In this document: positions 41,850 through 58,540 of the stretch, piece by piece | Layout: the number at the start of each line of letters is the position of its first letter | Position numbering within the stretch: the first letter of the stretch is position 1 | NCBI RefSeq assembly: GCF_009914755.1 | Contig: NC_060941.1 | DNA from: the human T2T-CHM13v2.0 reference genome, Homo sapiens | Strand: one strand, 5' to 3' | Length of the DNA: 64,000 nucleotides | Notes under the pieces: generated by a model | The model's database searches: none | Told to the model about the DNA's origin: nothing | Seen by the model: only the letters and a program-made list of their open reading frames with translations | Position numbers and translations under genes: made by a program

Positions 41850-42196
41850 CAGTGGTCCCCAACCTTTTTGGCATCAGGGACTGGTTTCGTGGAAGACAAT
41901 TTTTCCATGGACAGGGATGGGCAGGGGAAGATGCTTTTGGGATGAAACTGTTCCACCTTAGATCATCAGGCATTAGATTCTCATAAGGAGCACACAACCT
42001 AGATCTCTTGCATGCACAGTTCACAATAGGGTTCGCGCTCTTACGAGAGTCTAATGCCGCCACTTATCTAACAGGAGGCGGAGCTCAGGCCGTAATGCTT
42101 GCTTGCTCACCCACCGCTCACCTCCTGCTGTGCAGCCTGGTTCCTAACAGACCACGGACCAGTACTGGTCCACAGCCTGGAGGGTGGGAACCCTTA
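41850..42196. mobile_element. MER1B (hAT-Charlie)
   Basis: cagtggtccccaacctttttggc start, gcattagattctcataaggagc, 8-bp TSD tactagca/cactggca. Confidence 0.92.
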
Positions 42197-42291
42197 CACT
42201 GGCATATTCTGTCCTGCCTTACCTTCCATTGGTAGGAGCACAGAAGCCATCCTTCTTGTTCTGATGGCCAAGTTCTTGGGTAAGCAAATCT

Positions 42292-43312
<1,021 letters not shown>

Positions 43313-45219
43313 TACTGTCAGCCACTCTAGGTCCCTCTAAGGGGCATGTAGAACTTTTGGACGTTGCCCCTTGCCTCTCAGATGTCATAAGAGCCTATTG
43401 GGTGGGGGGATGCTATCTCAAGCCCTCCCTGCCTAGACCTGCCTTATTCCCACTTATGCTGTACAGCTACTCTCCAAAGCAGGGCTAGGGGACTTCTCTA
43501 AAGCATTGCCACCCCCTCAGGCTTTATCTGGGGAGGAAGCTACACAGCTCCTCTATTCTTGGGTTGCCCTCCCTGTCTGGGCTCCGGTCTGCTATCATCT
43601 ATCCCTTCCAGGCTTATTCCCAGGCAGGCAGACAGGGCCAGGCCTGCCTCTGGGTCTGACTGGCAGCTAAGCTCCCTTATCCTTCTCTGAAGCTTCTCTT
43701 TACCCAGGCTGTCACTTTCCATTCCCAATATATAGAGGGAATTAACTGTATACCTGGCTTTCTGCAGAGTTTTAGCCTTTGAAACTTAAAAAAAAAAAAA
43801 AGAAAAAAGGAACCAACTCATCTTTTGCCTTTTCCAAAAAAATAAATGCTTTAGATTTAAAAACTAATGCCTCTGCTCTGAGTTTCAAGAGTCCATTTGG
43901 AATTCAAATACAAGAAGGAAAAAGAATTCACCTCTTTTCTTATTTCCTTATGCCTCCCTTTCATGAATGCTCTCTGAGGCAATTAATGCCGCTGAGTCAA
44001 AGGAAACAGGTCACGGTGTGAAAGAAGGAACCAAACTTTATTTAATATTTCTGTAATACTTACGTTGCAAATCTCCAACCATCTAACAATACTCACCACA
44101 TGCACATCCACTTCCTTTCTATTCTAGTTTCCTGAGCCTAAGGGTAGGGAGAGAGACATGTACATGTTCATTAATTGCCAAAAAGTACACTTCAAAGCAA
44201 ACTGAAGTGATGGAGATCAGCCATGACAGATTTCTTCCAAATCTTTGCTCTCCTACACCAGAAGTATCCCTGGAAACAAAAGGCAGAAATAAAGACATTC
44301 TTACCTGAAGGGAATTATTGATCAGTACCAGCTCTGAGTACTCAGAAAATTATCTGCTTACATGCAATTTTAATTTTATAAATTTGACAATGTGAGATAA
44401 ATGATAAAGAAATTCTATCCCAATGGGTCCTACATATTGGACAGTGAACATATTTTTAACTTTGTAACAAAGGGAGATTAATATACCTCCAACATGAAAT
44501 GACTTTGGAATTGTCCAAAAAGTGAACTGAGGAGATATATTAATTAAATTCTCCCTTGAGCCTCAAGAAGGTGAGGAGGGCCTAGAAGGTAGGCTTGAGC
44601 AAAATTCTCCAACAACCACAATTGGAATGTAAGCAGAAGGAAACAATCTCTCGTTCTTTCTCAGATGAAAGGAAAATGGCAATCTTTTCTAGCCTATCTT
44701 TCTCTATTTGAAGGACTAACCTGCAGAAAAGAAATTAGACTCATTTGGGTGTCTTCCTCCACAAGGCAGAATTAGGTTTAAGTTTCAGGGAGGAACATTA
44801 AAAAAAATATATAGCCTCATTGCTCCAAATCACAATTAGCATGTTTCAAGCAGGATGAGAAGCAAGAAAAAATAAAAGGAGAGAGATCAAGGCACTGCTA
44901 AGGCACAGAGAACAATGACAGTGGCTTGACATCATATCTTCAGTAAACATGTTGACTCCAACATTCTCCTGTCCATGCCCTTCCCTTGGCAGACCCTGTC
45001 GGGTGGGAGTTCATGCATTCATTTCTTGCCATTCTGTCATGTTGTGACCTCAGTTGCCACTTGGTGGCTTCTACCATCAGGGCTTCTTTTGTACCCCTCT
45101 GCTGCATCCCCGGCCTTCGGGCTATATTACTCTAGCCTGATGGGGGGAAGTTTTTACCCCTGCTAATATGATAACTTCTTTACAAGCAATCCCAAAAAGC
45201 AGACTGGCTCTTGTCATTT

Positions 45220-45357
45220 TCATTCACTCATGAAGCATGTGTTCAACAAATACTAAATTAGCAGCTATGACATGCCAAGCACTGGGCTTGGAACTGGGGG
45301 CACAGTGGAGAAGAAGGCAATGATGGTCACTGACCTCGTGGAGCACACAGTCTAGTA
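45220..45357 (-). mobile_element. L2 3' end
   Basis: ttcaacaaatact...atgccaagcactgggct...ctgacctcgtggagcacacagtctag. Confidence 0.75.
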
Positions 45358-45584
45358 TTGTTATTGCCGCCCTTTCCCACTACACCTCAGATAAGTTCCT
45401 CAGGTGCAGAGAAACAAGTGGTAGCACCTCCTGGGCCGAAAGTATTCATTCCCATCCAGCATCTTATGACTTTCTCATCTCTCCCCCTTAGAATGAATTT
45501 CCTGCTCACTCAGGCACTTTCCCTCACATGCCTTTTTCTACTACCTTTCTCAAAGATTTTTATCACCATGTCACAGAAACCAGC

Positions 45585-46011
45585 TTTTAGTCTATTTTTG
45601 CATTACTATAAAGGAGTACCTGAGGCTGGGTAATTTATAAAGAAAAGAGGTTTAATTGGCTCATGGTTCTGCAGGCGATACACAAAGCAGAGTGCTGGTA
45701 TCTGCTTCTGGTGAGGGTTTCAGGAAGCTTACAATCATGGCGGAAGGTGAAGGGAAAGCCCTTGGGTCACATGCAAGGATGGGACCAAGAGAGGGGTAGC
45801 AAGAGAAGAGAAGGAGAAGGCAGGCTCCTTTAAACAACCAGTTGTCATGTGAACTAAGACAGTGAGATCTCACTTACCACAATAGGGAAGGCACCAAGCC
45901 ATTCATGAGAGATCCACCCTCATGATCCAAGCACCCCCCAACAGGTCCCACCTCCAACATTGGGGTTTACATTTCAACATGATATCTGGATAAGGCAAAC
46001 ATCCAATATCA
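45585..46011 (-). mobile_element. MSTB (ERVL-MaLR) solo LTR
   Basis: ctgggtaatttataaagaaaagaggtttaattggctcatggttctgcagg; 5-bp TSD ccagc (45580-84; 46012-16). Confidence 0.9.
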
Positions 46012-47164
46012 CCAGCTCTCCATTACATTTCTCATTATTTTTCCCAAGGGGCCCATAGGGTCATTATGAAAACAATTAATAAAACATTATGATAAACAAT
46101 TAATTTCTTTATCCTTTTAATTCAGGATAGTTCTTTTATTCTTCCCCCAAATCCTACACTGCAGGGACAACCAGCATTCCCTTTCTTCTTAGGGAAAGAT
46201 ATGGTTTTCCTGGTCAAAATCTAGTTAGATAGTCAAAATCATAATTTCACCTTGCCCATATTTGCCTATTCTGTTCATACTTAAAAGGACATTTGTGGTT
46301 CTGAACATCATTCTCTGGGATAAGGAGGCTGGAATGTCGAATTGGGAAGAGGGGCAGGTTTTTGATTGCTGATCTATCAGTGCATATCATGGACCACTCC
46401 ATCACCAAATGAAGCCCCTGATGACAAACACTACTGAACTGGGGTCAAAAGACAAGCTCATTTCTCCTGTTGATCTTGAAAATATTCCTTCCTTTTGCAT
46501 ATTATGAGGTGTAGATTTTATGGTGAGGGAAGCATGTTTGCAGAACTGAGAAGGAATTGAGAAAGACGTTGCTGTTGCAAGATGGACAGGGCAGGACCTG
46601 AATAATTATAAGCCTTCATGAAAGTTTAAACCTCTGTGCTGTCATTATTTGCCTACTCCCATGATGACAGTGTGTTCATGAGGTCAGTAAAATTGACTAA
46701 AGATAGCAGAACTGTGTTATCCAGGGAGTTCAGAGTGGTAACAGCTGAGAAGAGGACATCCTGGTAACAACAACAAAAGAGAGTGTTGGCTTAACTGTTT
46801 TGAATGCACAGGTGTAAAAGTGATGCCTAGAAAGTATAGTGATTTTATTGACTAATAGCAGAATCATCTAAGTGGGAGAAACGATGAAATGCACCCAAGA
46901 TTTCTGAGAGTTTGACAGCAAAATTAATGCATAAATATGATATGAAAAATTTTCCTGGATGAAGGAAAAGGCAATTTTGTACCAGCTTAATAAAAATTAA
47001 CCTAACCAAAGAAAGTCTATGGCAATAGAAGAGGGTTGTTTAGCCAAAAATGTGTAGAAAAATGGGGATTGCAGAGGCAAAATTTGGCATTGTGTGCTCA
47101 GTTCTTTCCAGGGGAAATCTGGGAGAGTCGCCAAAGCCTGTGTGCATTTCCCTTCAAGAGGCCA

Positions 47165-47325
47165 TATAACGTATTGGTTAAGAATGTCTCTAGGATAGTC
47201 AGACTAACCTGGTTTCAACACCAGCGTCCTGACTGAATTAATTAATTAATTACTATCTTAGACAAGATATTTAAATTATCTGAGCCTTAGTTTCTTCATC
47301 TAAAAATTCAAGATAATTATAACAG
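47165..47325 (+). mobile_element. MIR 5' half (3' half at ~48154-48250)
   Basis: tggttaagaat...agtcagact...ctgagccttagtttcttcatct. Confidence 0.75.
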
Positions 47326-47649
47326 TTCCTTGTTGCTTCTTCTTCCTGGGCACACAGTGAGAGCACGTTTCCCAGCTTCTCCTGCAGTTTTAAGGGTGGC
47401 TATGTGACTTATTTCTAGCCAGTGGAATACGAGCAGAAGTGTTGTTCAACCTTTCCAGGCCCGACCCATAAAAACTTCCCATATGCAATCTTCCTTCCTC
47501 TTTACTTTTCCACTGGCTAGATGTTGCAGAACCTCCAACATCCCTGGTAGCTGAATGACTGTGTGGAGCAGAGCCCCTTTGTCAACCTGGAATCACCTTT
47601 CATTTGGGGACTTATTTGATATTAGCAGTTAGCCATCTTAATTCATACA
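47326..47649 (+). mobile_element. MLT1I/J-like MaLR LTR
   Basis: tttcccagc...atgtgacttatttctagccagtggaat...ctgaatgactgtgtggagcagagccc...ataca. Confidence 0.7.
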
Positions 47650-47655
47650 CTACCT

Positions 47656-48142
47656 AATTATTTTAATTAAGTTATTTATTTATTTCTATAGGTTTTTGGG
47701 AAACAGGTGGTGGTGTTTGGTCACATGAATAAGTTCTTTAGTGGTAATTTCTGAAATTTTGGTGCACCCATCACTAAAGCAGTGTACACTGTACCCAATG
47801 TGTAGTCTTTTATCCCTCACCCCTCTCCCACCCTTTCCCCTGAGTCCCCAAAGTCCATTGTATCATTCTTATGCTTCTGCATCCTCGTAGCTTAGTTCCC
47901 ACTTATGAGTGAGAACATACAATGTTTGGTTTTCCATTCCTGAGTTACTTCACTTAGAATAATGGTTTCCAATTCCATCCAGGTTGCTGCAAATGCCATT
48001 ATTTCATTCCTTTTTATGACTGAGTAGTATTCTATGGTGCATATATATATACACACACACATTTTCTTTATCCATTGATTATGGGCATTTGGGATGGTTC
48101 CATATTTTTTGCAACTGCAAATTGTGCTGCTATAAACATGCG
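47656..48142 (-). mobile_element. L1PB1 3' end (5'-truncated)
   Basis: ataagttctttagtggtaatttctgaaattttggtgcacccatcac; ORF2 end ELETIILSEVTQEWKTKHCMFSLISGN; TSD atacactacct/atacactgcct. Confidence 0.9.
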
Positions 48143-48974
48143 ATACACTGCCTGTTTTGTTGTAAGAGGTGAAAGAGATGAGTCCGTGTAAAACATATGA
48201 GATAGTGCCTGGCACACAGAAAGTGCTTAAAATGTGAAGTGATTATTCTTATTCTGAACTAGACCACCCTTCTTTGAGGCTGATGCAGGTCTGAGGATGG
48301 CAAAATTGATAAGTCAGACTCAGCTGTGGTTTTGTTGACTTTTTAAAATGGCCCTTTTGGCTACTAGGCACCACACAGAATATAAACCAGTAAAATACAT
48401 ACTGGCATGAGTAAGCCTCTCTCGAGTAATGTCCAATGCCTCTCTCGAGTGATGAACCTGAGATGGAGTTGGCCTAGCAGCTCAAACAGGGTGAGCAGGT
48501 TGTCAAGTCAGAAGAGCCCAGAACTGCACACTCATTGTCTTTATGCCTTTTAACCTTGGCTTGGGAGGTGAGGGGAGAAAGGGGCTATATCGTATCTAGT
48601 CTATAAGACGTCACCTAGGTTTGGGTATATATTTTCTTGTTGAACCACAGTTGTGTAATGTTCTTACTTTCATATTTCATTTCTTACCATTTCACTGTGT
48701 CCACTGTAGGTTTCAGTGCAACAGCACAGTCCACAACCTACCACATCCTACCATCTTTCTCCCTTCATACAAATTGTTCACTTTCCAAACTGATATGTAT
48801 TTCAATTTAGCTTTCCTGCCCTCTGTATCTGAAAAAATTATGTCCTGCAGTAAGGACACAAACATCTGCCATAGGAGAGGAATTCATATTACAAATTCTA
48901 TTTTGATTATACAAACATAATCAGTATATATATTTTGATTGTATAGACATAATCAGTTACCATGCAGCCATGCA

Positions 48975-49213
48975 CCAGTCACTCTCTAGCCCCTACCTTG
49001 CATTATTTTTTTCATGACACTTACAACTATCTAAAATCCTATTATTTATTTATTTATTTGCTTACTTTTTTATTATGTGCCTTTTTGCTCTGATGTAAGC
49101 TCTATGAGGGAAGAAACTTTATCTTATTTGCTACTGTATCCCAGTATCCAGAACAGTGCCAGTCACAAAGTAGACACTCAAGAAACATTTTTTCCAAATG
49201 AATTTATTGAATG
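48975..49213 (+). mobile_element. L2 3' end
   Basis: atgtaagctctatgagg...ctgtatcccagtatccagaacagtgcc. Confidence 0.75.
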
Positions 49214-49659
49214 TGCAGATGTTTGTCATGGGTGGATTTTCCTGAATTTGTTCAGTTCTGGGGAACTGATCAAAACATTTCTAGACAAACAGAGCTAATT
49301 GCTTGGACCCAGGCCATATCTAGTACCGAGATCAGGTTACCTTGTGAGTATCTGGGTATCCAGACAGCTGGAATCTTCAGTCAATGTGACTGCACAGCCA
49401 TAAAAATGTTTTAGGAATGAATGCAAATTTGGACATTCTCTCTATGTAAATGCATCTAGCTTATTGTCACTCTATTACATTGCAATTCATTATTCCCATT
49501 TCTGGTGTCAAAAAAATTACAGCCCTTGAGATACTTAGCTTAGAGGAGAAAACGCTGAGAAGCTGAGAAGAGATATAATCTGCCAAGTACAAGTCTTGTT
49601 AAATTCACCTTAAGTCTTTTTGGTTAAGGTCATTAAACTGATGTATGTGAGGAACGCTC

Positions 49660-50900
<1,241 letters not shown>

Positions 50901-51079
50901 ATTAAAGGTGAGGGGATTTGAAACCAGATTCTACAATCGAATGTCTCCCCTTTATTCCCAGAGAAGAAGGAAACAAGGAATCCCCTTGCTTCTTTAAAAA
51001 AAAAATTAGCAAATTACAAAGGTAGGCTCAATGAAGAAATTTGGAGAGGACAAATAAGCACAGAAGTATATGTATGTAA

Positions 51080-51402
<323 letters not shown>

Positions 51403-52008
51403 TCATATTTTTCTACTGCAGGTTTATTAGAGAATGCACGTTAAAAATTTACAAAAGTTTAGAGATGGATTTTTGTCTTTTAACCTTGAGAACACAGCAG
51501 GCATACTTCTATTCTAATTCTGATGTTTTTTTTTTTTTAAAAAAAGGAAAACATAAATATTCAAAATTAGTTCAAAAGGATGTTCACCTGTTGGCTCCCT
51601 AGCCTGAGACTCTGAGCGGTAACCCTGGTTCACCTGGTCACACATCCATAGTGGGACATGTAATTATTTTATCAAGGGCAACCAGATAGCTTGGAAAGCA
51701 TTTCATTATCCCCAAGTTTTCTTTGATAATGACTTCGTTTTGTAAGCACTGAAATTCATCAGATCCAGCCATGTCATTCAAGGCTGGCTCTAATGTCTCC
51801 TTCCCACTCCCCACCTCTGGCATCTTTCTACGCTTTCACCTGGAGAGAGGAGCTGCTCTTGGTTCATTGTGATCCATGCCTTTTCCTCTCCCTGACTTGT
51901 GTCAGGTGGCTAACCTGGGGGAGTGCCAAAGAAACAATAACTACGTTTTCATCCTGGTTTGGGGAGGCTGCTAATTTCCCTTGACCTCCAGCTGGTTTCC
52001 AAGCTGTT

Positions 52009-52061
52009 TTAGGAGAGGAAGACAGAGTTTCCAAGTTAGGAGAGGAAGACAGAGTTCCAAG
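52009..52061. repeat. 27/26-bp tandem duplication
   Basis: ttaggagaggaagacagagt(t)tccaag x2. Confidence 0.95.
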
Positions 52062-53484
52062 TGAATGCCATCCACATACCACCTTCCCAGACCCCATAGC
52101 TCACAGGCCCCCATAGGTCATCAGCTCTTACTTTCTCCCTCTGGAAAGGAATGGAAGAAGAGGTGAAATGTTACTTCATTTGGAAGCCTCCTACCATCTC
52201 TATCTGAACCTGGCTCCCTCTCCCTAGGCAGCAAAACCAAATTCCCAAACCTACCTACGTCAGCGATGGCCTGCTTGATATTTCAGAGAAGAGGGACCCC
52301 TGAGGACTTCACCTCAGATTCTTGGAAGAATGTGATTCAGTCCACAGTAGCCTTTCAGAGACTGTATACTCAAGCCAGACCAAAGTATCCCTCTTCCCAT
52401 TCAGAGCCAGTGAGGACCTGTCTCTGTCCCTGCTCCTCCTGTGCCCTCTGTGTGCGGTGTCCTTTCCCATCTCCTGCTGGCTTACATGGCTTCAAGCTCC
52501 ACCTCAAAGCGTCCTGCACCAGGCATTGCCAGCGATCTCCCCTTCACAATGGTCTAGCTCCTATGGTCTGTGTCTCCTTATTTCTTCTGACCTTCTTTCT
52601 TTCACCCCTGTGTTATAAATGTACTTGTTCTAACTTCCCCCACTGGGCTATAGGTTTCTTTATGTTACAGAACACAAACCTACCATTCACTTTTGTTTCC
52701 CCTATAGGCATTCAGCAAATGAACCCTTAACCTAAAAGCTGCCCAAGTTTCTGGTGCCCAGGGAAAAGCTGCTTATTTCTGTTTCTTCTGGGGCACTTCC
52801 TAAGCTGTCCCTCTTTCAAAACACACTTACTTCCTGCCATCTTCCAATTCTCACTCCCAGGAAGCTCCCGACAGAGCTCTATTTTCCAGAATCAGGGAGA
52901 GGCGCCCGGGTTCTTTCCCAGCACACGCCTGTGTTCTACATCCCCACCCAATACCACCTTGACCTGCAGGCAGGGGGAGGTGCCAAGCAGTGCCCACAAA
53001 CAACAGCTCTTCCACGCTCCTCCGTTCCCTCCCCGGTGTAAACCCATCACACGACCTTGCTCCACTCACTTTAGGGAGAAGTTTGAGGCTCCCCTGCAGA
53101 TGTGCTCCCACTTCACAGGGAGGCAGTGGGCACAGTGGAAAGCTCAGTGGCCCACAAGTTGGAAACCCAGGCTCTCAGCTTTCTCTGACTCTGATATCTT
53201 GAAAAGCCATTTCTCTTCCAGATCTTGTCTCTATAAAAATAAAATTAGTGCCTCCCAAACCTTTTCCAGCTGCATAACCCTTTGTTTAAGTGAAATCTTA
53301 CATGAAAACGAAGACCATTAAAATAAATAAAAACAGAACTGCTCTGGTTGAAATTAAAGAGGATGTGGCTTCATTTCTCTTTCCTTTATTTCCTTACCTC
53401 CAGCTGCCCTGATGAGAGCCCCTTGGAACTTTTGGGATAAAGTCCAAAAAACTTCATCCCTACAGGACATTTGAAAAACATTGA

Positions 53485-54671
<1,187 letters not shown>

Positions 54672-54864
54672 TTACTGGCTGTGGGGCTGCTTTAGGACAG
54701 GGACTGCATTCTATTAATTCCTGCATTCTCACCTCTGCACTGTGGCTGGATCAAAGCTGTCCTTTCTCTATCATCTTTGATGACTCTTGCTAAGTTTGAG
54801 CTGCTTCCCACACCTCCTCTGATAAAGCATTAAATTCTACCCAGCGTTGCATCTGAGCTAGCTG

Positions 54865-55000
54865 TGTATATGCCTATCTTGTTACCGTCCTGTAAGACAG
54901 TTGAAGGTAAAGATGGTATCTTATCCACCTCTGTATACCAATGGCTGCCACAGCTCCTGGCCTAATGGCGAGCAGTCAGTAAATGTGGGTGAACTGAATG
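54865..55000 (+). mobile_element. L2 3' end
   Basis: ctgtaagacagttgaaggtaaag...cagtaaatgtgggtgaactgaatga. Confidence 0.6.
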
Positions 55001-55302
55001 ATGGGAACATACAGATTCAGAATGCTGCTGTCCTGGCCTGAAAAATATAAAACATGCACCTTCTCCCATGACTTACATATAAATCCCCTGCTTTGCCCCA
55101 TACCACATTCTGGACTTAGTTGGAAGGGTGTCAAGTGTTCCATTCCCAACGCAAGCCCATCCGAGTATCTACTCTCTGTGGAGCCTGCTGTCCTTTCTCA
55201 GGCACAATGGAGTCCTGAGGGTTTAATTTGGGGTTTATTTTTTCTTCATGTGTTTCAAACTACTATCATTTCTTCCTTTGTCTTCTTCCTTTGAAACAAT
55301 AA

Positions 55303-55377
55303 CATAGCATAGCATAGCATAACATAGCATAGCATAGCATAGCATAGCATAGCATAGCATAGCATAGCATAGCATAG
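55303..55377. repeat. (CATAG)15 pentanucleotide repeat with one CATAA variant
   Basis: direct count: 3 + 1 variant + 11 units. Confidence 0.97.
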
Positions 55378-55639
55378 ACATGTTGCATCCAGTCCTGGGC
55401 TTGTCCCTTCCATCCTAGGACTGCTTGTCTAGAAATAAGAATTCTAGCTGGTGGCATCAGGTTCTCTGGGGCTCTGGCTCCTCAGCAGCCTCTGGAAGTA
55501 TATAAAGGGTCTCCATGGTGTTTCAAGATCTGGGTCTGTTCAAGTCACCCTACGAGATTTTGGTTTCATTTGCTCATGATCTAGATCTGTTCTCTGAGTG
55601 CTTGCTGCAAGTCAGGCCATCTGCTGCCTGCTTTATGTA

Positions 55640-56010
55640 GACTGTTTCATGCAGTGCTCATATCTCTTGGATATAGATATTTTTTATCATAGCCATTTTG
55701 AAGATGAGGCAACTGAGGGTCACAGAAAGTTTATGACCACAAAATTGGAACTTGAATTTGGATCTTTCCCACCCCTAAACTGCATCTTCACAACAACAGT
55801 AAGCAAATGTTTACTGAGCACTTACTACGTGTCTAACAGTAGTCTGAGCACTTTACATGATTCACTCGTTTAATCCTTGCATCACCTTTTGAGTGAACTA
55901 CTGTAGTGCCAGTTCGACAGATGATAAAACTGAAGCTCAAAGAATTCATAAAACTCACACATAACAAGGATGCAGTCAGTGGCAAAGCTGGAATGTGGCC
56001 CCGCCCGGCT
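55640..56010 (-). mobile_element. Two adjacent MIR remnants
   Basis: ccattttgaagatgaggcaactgagg; atgtttactgagcacttactacgtg...cagatgataaaactgaagctca. Confidence 0.7.
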
Positions 56011-56479
56011 CCAGTGAGCACCTACCCACTTCAGGACATGGACACTCTTAACGTGATACTTCACTGTAGATATTGTGGCATCTGTACCAGGTGTCACACT
56101 GAAAAAAGGATAAGTGATCACATCCCAGTCTTTCCACCCATGACCATGAGCAGAGAGACTGATCACCAGCCACTGGTAAAGACAAGATAGTCTTTGGCAT
56201 CAGCCTAGACCCTAATGCTAAGCTATTATTAGCTCTCTCCTAGTTTCCTGCTTCCTAAGATCTCTCATCTGCTCTTCTCAGGCAGACCACATTCCAAAAT
56301 TGTAAACCCAGGTGAATACTCACATAAGCAAAATATAAATAGGATAATGTACTTGCTGGGAGAATATCATATAATGCAGTCCAGCAAAATATAAATAATT
56401 GAGGAGCTATCTGCTTTGGATTATCTGTGCATTTTTCACTGGCAATATATAATGAGACCCCTGTTTAACACTGGGGATG

Positions 56480-57680
56480 GGAGCAACGCCCTGATGGAAT
56501 TTGACATGTCCAAAACCAAATTCCTGGCTGTGCTTCCAAGATCTGCTCCTCCCAGCCTCTTCCCCTTCTGGGTTAATGGAAACTCCACTTTCTCCATTGC
56601 TCCAGCAACAAACTTTAAGTCACCCTTGGCTCCTTTCTTCCTCTTACACTCCATCTGCAGTTCATCAGCAAATCGCACTGGCACTGCCTTCAGAATACAT
56701 CCAGAAGCTGATCGTTTCTCACCATCACCATTTGCTACCACTCTAATCCAGTTTCTCTCCCTCAGCTCTACTGACATTAGAGCTGGATAAGTCTTTGTTG
56801 GAGGAGGTGACTCTGTGCACTGGAGGATGTTTCGCAGCACCCCTGGCCTCTACCCACTAGACGCCAGCAGCACCCGCTTCCTACCAGCCCGAGTTGTGGC
56901 AAACCAAACCTCTCCAGACATTGGCAAATGTCCCCTGGGGTGCAACACTGCCCTTTGTTGAGAACCACTGCTCTAGACTAAGTCATTGTCCAGCTTTCCT
57001 TTGGTTTATTGCAATAGCCAACTACTTGGTCTTCCCATCTCCTTGCCCCATTACAGTCTGTTCTCAGTGTAGCAGCCAGAGGGGCTCTTCTGATATGGAG
57101 GTTGGATCATGCCACTCTTCTGCTCACCATTCTCCATGACTTCTATCTCACTCACTAGAAGCCAAAGTCCTTCAATAGCTTAAAAAGCCCTATTTAATCT
57201 GCACCAGCCCCACTACATATGACCTCGATGACCCCCTTTTCTCTCTCTCTCCTCCTTGTGCCTTGAACTGCAACCTCCCCCACCCCCACCCAGGTCTTCT
57301 TGTTGTTCCTGAATACAAAGCACACTCCTGCCTCGGGACCTTTGCCCTTGCTGTTCCCTTTCCTAGAATGCCCTCTTCCCAGATTTCTACATAGTTCACT
57401 CCCTCACTTACTTCAGCTCTTTTCTCAAATGTCATCTCCTTGCTTAGAGCTTATCTGACGACTGTAAACACAATTACATCGCTCCCTCCAGCCACAGGTT
57501 TTCCTGTTCATACTGTTTTATTTTCTTCTACCCCAAGAGCACTTATTACCATCTGACATACTATATATTTCCTTACTTATTTGTTTATTATCTGTTGGGT
57601 TATTGCTGGATCCCTAGTCTCTAGAACAGCACTTGTTTTCATAGTAGTCACTTCATAAATAATACATGGATGAATGACCA
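56480..57680 (+). mobile_element. L2a 3' region split by MER20
   Basis: acatgtccaaaaccaaattcct, ctcctgcctcgggacctttgc, ctcaaatgtcatctcc, tctagaacagcactt. Confidence 0.85.
56749..56970 (-). mobile_element. MER20 (hAT-Charlie)
   Basis: ccctggcctctacccactagacgccagcagcac core; ttgagaaccactg end; TSD ctctaatc/ctctagac. Confidence 0.9.
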
Positions 57681-57889
57681 GATTATATCAAACTTCCTTT
57701 AGAACATCAGTAAGTTCTGAAGAACATGGTTTGATCAAAGAATATTCAAGTCAACTATAACAAGCTTTATTTTCATTAGTTTCTGTTTTACAATGTGTCT
57801 TTCCTTAAATACTAGAGGAGGGAAGATAATGCTCTCATTTTACAGTGTAACCATTTAACATTTTCTCAGGCCTATAGAAATATCCCCTT

Positions 57890-58330
57890 TGTTCATTCAT
57901 CAAGCACTTATCATGTGTACCACTTGGTCAGCTAGGTTCTTGAAGAATAAACTTAGGCATATGACATACCATGCTCCTCCAGCATAGGGTGGACAGAGGC
58001 GAAACCCACAGGAAAGATGAAAAAAGAGGGCAGTAGTTAGACATGGTTAAGATGAGATGGCACTTATGAAGAAGGCATTTCTTGATATGAGCCTGAAGGT
58101 ATGGTGGGACTCTGGCAGGCAGACAAAAAGGACATTCCAGAAGAGGGCAGAATGAGCTGTGGGTGAAAAGTTGAGTTAATAAGCTTAGAGGAGTTCAGGG
58201 AACAGCCAAACAGCCAGCAACAGAAAGTTTAAGTGAGTGGAGGACAATAAGCTTGTAAAGGTGGGTTGGAGTTAGAACACAGAATGCCAGACTCAGTTGG
58301 GCCATAGGAAAGCTCCAGAGGGCAAGATAC
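57890..58330 (-). mobile_element. L2 remnant
   Basis: ttcattcatcaagcactta, gagcctgaagg, gacattccagaagagg. Confidence 0.55.
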
Positions 58331-58369
58331 TGCAGAGGTCCCAAGTGTGGGTTCCAGAGTCAGTAAGCT

Positions 58370-58540
58370 CTTTGCTCTGTTGAACAGCAGTGTCACTCCT
58401 CAGTGCCTCAGTTTTGTCTTGTGTCAACTTGAGCAGATGATAGTATTCACCTCATCACTGGTTATTTCGAGGATGAATAACATAACGCACGTATTAACAA
58501 GGTGCTTGGTTATGAAGTCTCAAATGTTAGCTAATATTAC
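58370..58540 (+). mobile_element. MIR
   Basis: gtgcctcagttt...tagtattcacctca...aaatgttagcta. Confidence 0.65.

Noticed and set aside
44305-44720. Minus-strand exon between a good acceptor (44721) and donor (44304)
   Set aside because: 416 nt with no supporting frame or CpG signal; such site pairs are common by chance.
52266-52730. 154-aa and overlapping 98-aa ORFs
   Set aside because: No homology recognised; overlapping open frames fit pyrimidine-rich composition.
52895-53060. CpG island or promoter
   Set aside because: Only a handful of CpGs over less than 200 bp; below island criteria.
56850-56870. CTCF sites in the two MER20 copies (also ~22820-22840)
   Set aside because: ccactagacgcca has two mismatches in the core, and the two sites are divergent rather than convergent.
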